NCBI GenBank assembly: GCA_965248435.1
Contig: OZ252100.1
Location: 5,088,001-5,152,000, forward strand
Direction: 5' to 3'
DNA length: 64,000 nucleotides
From: Candidatus Latescibacterota bacterium
GTDB lineage: Bacteria; Latescibacterota; UBA2968; GCA-2709665
In this document: positions 59,271-64,000 of the stretch, one piece after another
Layout of the letters: every line of letters begins with the position of its first letter
How positions within the stretch are numbered: position 1 is the stretch's first letter
The notes under the pieces: generated by a model
Told to the model about the DNA's origin: nothing
Database searches by the model: none
What the model saw: only the letters and a program-made list of their open reading frames with translations
Translations under genes and position numbers: made by a program

Positions 59271-60062
59271 ATGGGCATCGTGACCGTGACGCTCACGACC
59301 GACTTCGGTCTCCGAGACGCCTACGTGGGCGCCGTAAAGGGGGTCATTCTCGGCATCTCCCCTGAGGCCCGTCTGGTGGACATTTCACACGAGGTCCCGC
59401 CCCAGGATGTGGAGGCCGGGGCCTTCCTCCTGGCGGGTGCCACTTCCTACTTCGCCGACGGGACGGTGCACCTCGCCGTCGTGGACCCGGGCGTGGGCAG
59501 CGACCGAAGGGGACTGATTGTCGAGACCTCCCGCCATCATTTCGTCGGACCTGACAACGGCATCTTCAGCCCGGTCTTTGCCGCCGAGGAAATCAAGAAG
59601 ATCGTGGAGATCCAGAATCGAGACCTGGCCCTTCCGAACGTGAGCGACACGTTTCACGGGCGGGATCTGTTCGCCCCGGCGGCCGCACATCTGTGCAACG
59701 GCGTCCACGTGGACGCGTTCGGTCCCGAGATAACGGACCCAAAGACCCTGGACCTCTGGGAGACGAAACAGAGCGAGGCGCGGCTGACCGGGAAGGTCGT
59801 CTCCGTAGATACGTTCGGAAACGGGATTACGAATCTTTCCAGGAGAGAGATCGAGGTATGGGCCAAGGGACGCCCGTTTCGGGTCGAGATCGGGAGGTGG
59901 ACGTTCGACAGCATCTCCCGGACCTACGCTGATGAGGCGGTGGGTGAGGCGCTGGTCCTCTACGGGAGCAGGGACACGCTGGAGGTCTCCATCTGCAGCG
60001 GAAGCGCGGAAGCGGTGATGGGACTTTCGCGCGGCAGCGAGGTGAATTTGGTCAAAGCGTAG
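59271..60062 (+). CDS. SAM hydroxide adenosyltransferase (DUF62; chlorinase/fluorinase family)
   Basis: TDFG, VVDPGVGS.R, GPDNG, TFHGRDLFAP and DTFGN. Confidence 0.93.
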   Translation: MGIVTVTLTTDFGLRDAYVGAVKGVILGISPEARLVDISHEVPPQDVEAGAFLLAGATSYFADGTVHLAVVDPGVGSDRRGLIVETSRHHFVGPDNGIFSPVFAAEEIKKIVEIQNRDLALPNVSDTFHGRDLFAPAAAHLCNGVHVDAFGPEITDPKTLDLWETKQSEARLTGKVVSVDTFGNGITNLSRREIEVWAKGRPFRVEIGRWTFDSISRTYADEAVGEALVLYGSRDTLEVSICSGSAEAVMGLSRGSEVNLVKA

Positions 60063-60089
60063 TCGATTACGGTTTGGATTCCACGACGG

Positions 60090-60773
60090 CTACGGAAGGA
60101 TGTCGAGCAGGTCTGAGATCTGATCGATCTTGTAGTCCGCCTGCTCCTCAGCGTTCTTCGGGGTGCGGGTAGCGTCTCTGCCGTGACGGATGTGCGCCGT
60201 CGACATGCCGAGCCGGTTTGATGCGGCGATCTCGGCATCCAGCTTGTCACCGACGGAGAGGATCTGATCCGGGGGGAGTTCCAGCCGCGCCGCGGACTGC
60301 CGCAGGGCGGCGTCCTTCAAAGGGCCGTCAGCATCGTCGTGCAGGGTCAGTGTCCCCTGTTCTTCGTTGAAGTATCCGTCGAGCGCGAGTCGGCTGACCT
60401 TTTCGCGCTGCCGAAGAGGTCGACCCGCGGTCACGACCGCAAGCAGATAGCCCCTTTCCCGGAGTGTATCGAGCGTTTGCTCCACTCCAGGAAAGGGGTG
60501 AATTGTTTCCACCTCCGGCCTGTTGTAGGCCTCGAGTGCGAGATCGGCGACGTAGGGGGAAAGTTTATAGCGCTCGCAAATCTCTCTGATGGCCCCGGTC
60601 GAGCCGTGTTCCAGAGCGAGTTCAGCCTGAAGGCTGCAGAGCGCGTCCACTTCAAGATCCGAGGCTTCCGACACGATGCTTTCGGCAGCCCTCCGGCGAG
60701 CCGGTTCGGTCAGCTGCCCGGTACAGTCGAAGAGGGTGTCGTCCAGATCGAAGATGACTGCCTTGATGGGCAT
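60090..60773 (-). CDS. HAD-family hydrolase
   Basis: FDLDDTL, VVT.G, K and VGD...EI. Confidence 0.9.
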   Translation of the reverse strand: MPIKAVIFDLDDTLFDCTGQLTEPARRRAAESIVSEASDLEVDALCSLQAELALEHGSTGAIREICERYKLSPYVADLALEAYNRPEVETIHPFPGVEQTLDTLRERGYLLAVVTAGRPLRQREKVSRLALDGYFNEEQGTLTLHDDADGPLKDAALRQSAARLELPPDQILSVGDKLDAEIAASNRLGMSTAHIRHGRDATRTPKNAEEQADYKIDQISDLLDILP

Positions 60774-60809
60774 GCTGGGATCGATGTCACGGAGGTTGTT
60801 TACCGGAGT

Positions 60810-62765
60810 TCACGATTCGCCCGAGGCACCGGGCAGGTCGAGTCCGCAGTAGATTCTGCAGATCGCGTCGGCCACCTTTTCGGGGCTGTGACTGATGAAG
60901 TCGCCGACGCCGCGGTTCATCGCCTCGGTTTGATAATCCTCTGTCAGGTCTGCCTGCGTCCAGTGTGCGAGTCCGTCGAGTTGGTTGCTGTCGCACTCGA
61001 CGAGTTCTTTCTTGTCCTTCCTGTAGCGATCGAGCAGCCGCTTCCAGACCTTTCCTGAAGGTGTCTGAAAGAAGGTTTCATCCTGTACGAGAACGTGGTC
61101 CAGAATCTGATTTCCCCTGGCATCCGGAAGATGACGAAGCAGCAGCCTGAGGTGATCGGAAGCCGCGAACCCATCGGTTTGACCGGGCTGGGTCATGATG
61201 TTGCACACATACACCGTCAGTCCGTCGGTGCGGTCGAGCAGCGCGTTTTGGATGTCGGGGACCAGCAGGTTAGTGATGACGCTCGTGAAGAGGCTGCCCG
61301 GTCCCAGGACGACGATGTCGGCTTCAGCGATCGCACGCGCGGCCTCCTTGGATGCCCGAGCGCGATTCTTCGACGGGCGAAACGTCTTTCCCTTTCTTGC
61401 GTGGATCTCGACCTGACCGCTGCCCAGATCTTCGTGGCGTTCGAGGGTCCCGTTTTTCCGTTCGACCTCCCTCAGAATATCGTCGTTCAACACGAGGTAG
61501 GCGCGTTTCAACGGGGGCTTCGCCGGTTTTCTCACCATCCATTCCGTGTAGCGGTGCTCTCCGTTTTCGAGCTCGGCACAGAGGTGGACGTTGTCGGTCG
61601 ACGCCGGAAAGATGGTTCCTTTGACGTGCAGCATCTCACTCGCCGTTCGAATCGCTTCCTGGAAGTCCCCGCTCTGCTGGGTGAGCGCCGCGACGAGAAA
61701 ATTTCCGATGTGGTCATTCTTGAAGATTCCGGCTTCCTGCTCGTTATCGGGAAAGCGGTGCTGAAACACACTGTGGAGACCGGGTGGGATGTGACGAGGG
61801 TCCGCGAGGGCAATCAGGGCGTTGCGGACGTCTCCCGGCGGCTGCACGCCGAGATTCCAGCGGATTCGACCCGAAGAGGCGCCGGTATCCGTCACCGAAA
61901 CGACGGCCGAAGGGCTGTTCGTGTAGGTCTGCATGCCGGTGAGGACGGTCGGAAGCCCCGTGCCGCCACCGATGGCCACGACTTTCAGGTTGTCTCGGTC
62001 TTTTCCGAGCCTGGCGAGCTTGAGCAGCGTGGGCAATTGGGCAAGGTAGCGGATCTGGTAGTCGGGTCGATCTCCCTCCGCCGGTTCTTCTTCAGCGAAC
62101 CGTCCCTTTTTCAGCCACACCGTCGTCAGACCCATCCTGTTTCCGGTTCGGATTTCGTCCTGTGCGCGGTCCCCGACGCAGGCGACCTCCCCGGTGCTGA
62201 GGTCGTGTTCCTTCAACAGCTCCCGGAACCAGTAGTCGTGGGAGCGTGGGCCTTCGTTTACGATTTTGTCGAAGTGAGGTGCAAGCCCGAGCCGATCGAT
62301 CTTGTTTCTCTGGCGAGCGGGTCTTCCGAGGGTGACCAGAAAGAGCAGGATGCCGTCGTTCCGGAGCGCCTTCAGGGTCTCAAAGGCATCGGCAAACGGC
62401 CTGAGGTCCTCCACATCTTCGACGTTGTAGATTTGCTCGAGATCTTCCACGAGGCTTTCGACCGGATCGGCGTCCGACTTCTTCCCTTTCGTGCGAGTCT
62501 TGAGGTAGCGACGAAAGGCATCCGGTTTGTCTTTGAGCAGGCCCTTGGCGATGTCGTAGAACGCGAAGTAGAACGGAGAGGAGGAATAGTAGGGGCCGTG
62601 TCGGCGTTCCAGGTCGTTGATGCGCCTCAGCGCGTAGTCTCTGGACGAGAAGAAACCGTTGCCGTAGAGGTAGTCGGCAACGCGGCCTCGCGCGGCGTGT
62701 ACGAGTGGCGTCAGATCAAACAGCGTCCCGTCAAGGTCGAAGATTATGGCTCGAACATCTTTCAT
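60810..62765 (-). CDS. HAD hydrolase fused to YvcK/GlmR (UPF0052) domain
   Basis: FDLDGTL...VGDR..DEI, then IGGGTGL, SSGR, PPGDVRN, H.GN, GPGSLFTS and CNIMTQPGQTDG. Confidence 0.9.
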   Translation of the reverse strand: MKDVRAIIFDLDGTLFDLTPLVHAARGRVADYLYGNGFFSSRDYALRRINDLERRHGPYYSSSPFYFAFYDIAKGLLKDKPDAFRRYLKTRTKGKKSDADPVESLVEDLEQIYNVEDVEDLRPFADAFETLKALRNDGILLFLVTLGRPARQRNKIDRLGLAPHFDKIVNEGPRSHDYWFRELLKEHDLSTGEVACVGDRAQDEIRTGNRMGLTTVWLKKGRFAEEEPAEGDRPDYQIRYLAQLPTLLKLARLGKDRDNLKVVAIGGGTGLPTVLTGMQTYTNSPSAVVSVTDTGASSGRIRWNLGVQPPGDVRNALIALADPRHIPPGLHSVFQHRFPDNEQEAGIFKNDHIGNFLVAALTQQSGDFQEAIRTASEMLHVKGTIFPASTDNVHLCAELENGEHRYTEWMVRKPAKPPLKRAYLVLNDDILREVERKNGTLERHEDLGSGQVEIHARKGKTFRPSKNRARASKEAARAIAEADIVVLGPGSLFTSVITNLLVPDIQNALLDRTDGLTVYVCNIMTQPGQTDGFAASDHLRLLLRHLPDARGNQILDHVLVQDETFFQTPSGKVWKRLLDRYRKDKKELVECDSNQLDGLAHWTQADLTEDYQTEAMNRGVGDFISHSPEKVADAICRIYCGLDLPGASGES

Positions 62766-62864
62766 GGTCGACCCTGGAGTGCTACGCGATCACCGGGTAA
62801 GCTTGGCAACAGCGGAGGATGAATATGATGGAATGTGGAGGGATGCAGAGAGATGGAGGGAGCG

Positions 62865-63236
62865 TCAAACTCGGCAGGCGGCAGCGTCTTCGACTGCTTG
62901 TACGATGTCCGAGAGGTCTGAGGGTTTCTCGAGGACGTGGTGAATACCCAATTCTTTGAGTTCGCCGTTGACCAGATTGTCTACGTATCCCGAAATGACG
63001 AGCACAGGGGTCGTCAGGCCTGATTCCTTGAACAGCCGGGCCACTTCCAATCCATCCAGGCCGGGCATTCGCAGGTCCAGCGTGACGAGGTCGTAATCTC
63101 CGGAGAGGGCGTCCCCGATAGCTGTCGCCAGGTAGGGGGAGCCGTCGACTTCAAAGCCGGCTCCAGACAAGATTTCCTGGAGGGTACTGCGGAAGTTTTC
63201 CTCGTCTTCGATCACCAGAATTCGTTTCGCCATCAC
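62865..63236 (-). CDS. Single-domain response regulator
   Basis: ILVIEDE, LDLRMPGLDG, ISG and KP. Confidence 0.92.
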   Translation of the reverse strand: MMAKRILVIEDEENFRSTLQEILSGAGFEVDGSPYLATAIGDALSGDYDLVTLDLRMPGLDGLEVARLFKESGLTTPVLVISGYVDNLVNGELKELGIHHVLEKPSDLSDIVQAVEDAAACRV

Positions 63237-63355
63237 AGCTATCCCGCACGACGAGTGGGAGTGAATTTATTTTAAAATTACCAATTTGCAAGGACTTTTT
63301 AGTGACCCAGGTCACGTTGATGTAAGAGATCGGCAAAAAAATGGGGGGCTGTGTG

Positions 63356-64000
63356 ATGCAGATCACGCGTGGGTGGAAGAAATCACAGCTACAGGGATCC
63401 CTGGGACTGTTCTGGGGGGCGGTTCTGGATTTCGTCTACCCTCCTCACTGCCTGCTGTGCGATGCACCGCTGGCGTCTGCCCCCGGGCTCTGCCAGGGCT
63501 GTCGCGCCTGCCTGGGCACGATCGAGGGACCGCGCTGTTCGCGGTGCGGCTGCCCGACGGATTCGCGACAGCGCAGCTGCGGCAACTGTGCCGATAAGCG
63601 CTTTCGGTTCTGCAGACTGCGAACTCTCGCCTCCTTCAACCCGCAGATGCAGCGAATGATCCATCTTTTGAAATATCAGGGTAAATGTCTGGCGGGACGG
63701 GTTCTGGGAGACGCCCTCGGAAGGACACTCAGAGAAGACCCGATGCACGCCGTGATCGAGACAGTGGTTCCGGTTCCTCTGCACGCGAGCCGCGAGCGTG
63801 AAAGGGGATTCAACCAGAGTGCGATTATCGCATCGGCCGCCGATGCGCATCTGGGCCTGGGCGTGAGAGGGGATATCCTGAAGCGTGTCCGGCCGACAAA
63901 GACCCAAACGACCCTGGACCTTTCTCAGAGAGAGGCGAACGTGTCGGGCGCCTTCCGCGTCCGGAAGCCCGCGCTGGTTGAAGATCGCTCGCTGCTCCTG
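63356..64000 (+). CDS. comF: ComF family double zinc ribbon/PRTase protein (partial, runs off the right end)
   Basis: Manual translation: LDFVYPPHCLLC...CSRCG...CGNC...IHLLKYQG...VPVPLHASRERERGFNQS. Confidence 0.9.
   Translation, partial: MQITRGWKKSQLQGSLGLFWGAVLDFVYPPHCLLCDAPLASAPGLCQGCRACLGTIEGPRCSRCGCPTDSRQRSCGNCADKRFRFCRLRTLASFNPQMQRMIHLLKYQGKCLAGRVLGDALGRTLREDPMHAVIETVVPVPLHASRERERGFNQSAIIASAADAHLGLGVRGDILKRVRPTKTQTTLDLSQREANVSGAFRVRKPALVEDRSLLL

Noticed and set aside
59271-60062. Halogenase belonging to the peptide cluster
   Set aside because: It has the DUF62 hydrolase-type Asp/Arg/His motifs, host-like GC and lies outside the island.
61095-62822. Long antisense ORFs (this one, 41077-42318, 15399-16496, 28194-29270 and others)
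   Set aside because: Shadows of well-supported genes in high-GC DNA; no recognisable motifs.

Overview
Bacterial genomic window of about 60% GC. The C-terminal 'DFDxSGxVDFxDF' dockerin/EF-hand proteins suggest a Latescibacterota-like uncultured lineage, but this is an inference. Housekeeping content: partial iorA, a phosphate/polyphosphate cluster (nptA-phoU, ppx-ppk1-CHAD, porin), coxD/coxE/xdhC-type maturation genes, trxA, holA, purM, folP-ftsH-tilS and partial comF. Most notable: (1) an envelope redox operon (TlpA, DUF6029-like barrel, three secreted peroxiredoxin-like/Ig/dockerin paralogs) in which two paralogs have an in-frame UGA in a UxxC motif with a SECIS-like hairpin 13 nt downstream, while the third has CxxC and keeps a compensated hairpin; (2) an AT-rich island with a putative new bacteriocin/RiPP-like cluster (74-aa Cys-flanked hydrophobic peptide, BtrH-like papain-fold protein, ABC exporter, divergent Yip1-MFP-MacB module); (3) a partner-switching (STAS/RsbW/SpoIIE) cluster wired to a class III cyclase; (4) palindromic repeats inserted in frame, some nested, in a beta-propeller gene. 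Also present: IS30, a RAYT with REPs, decayed toxin-antitoxin genes and heptamer intergenic repeats. All calls come from motif recognition by eye; no searches were run.
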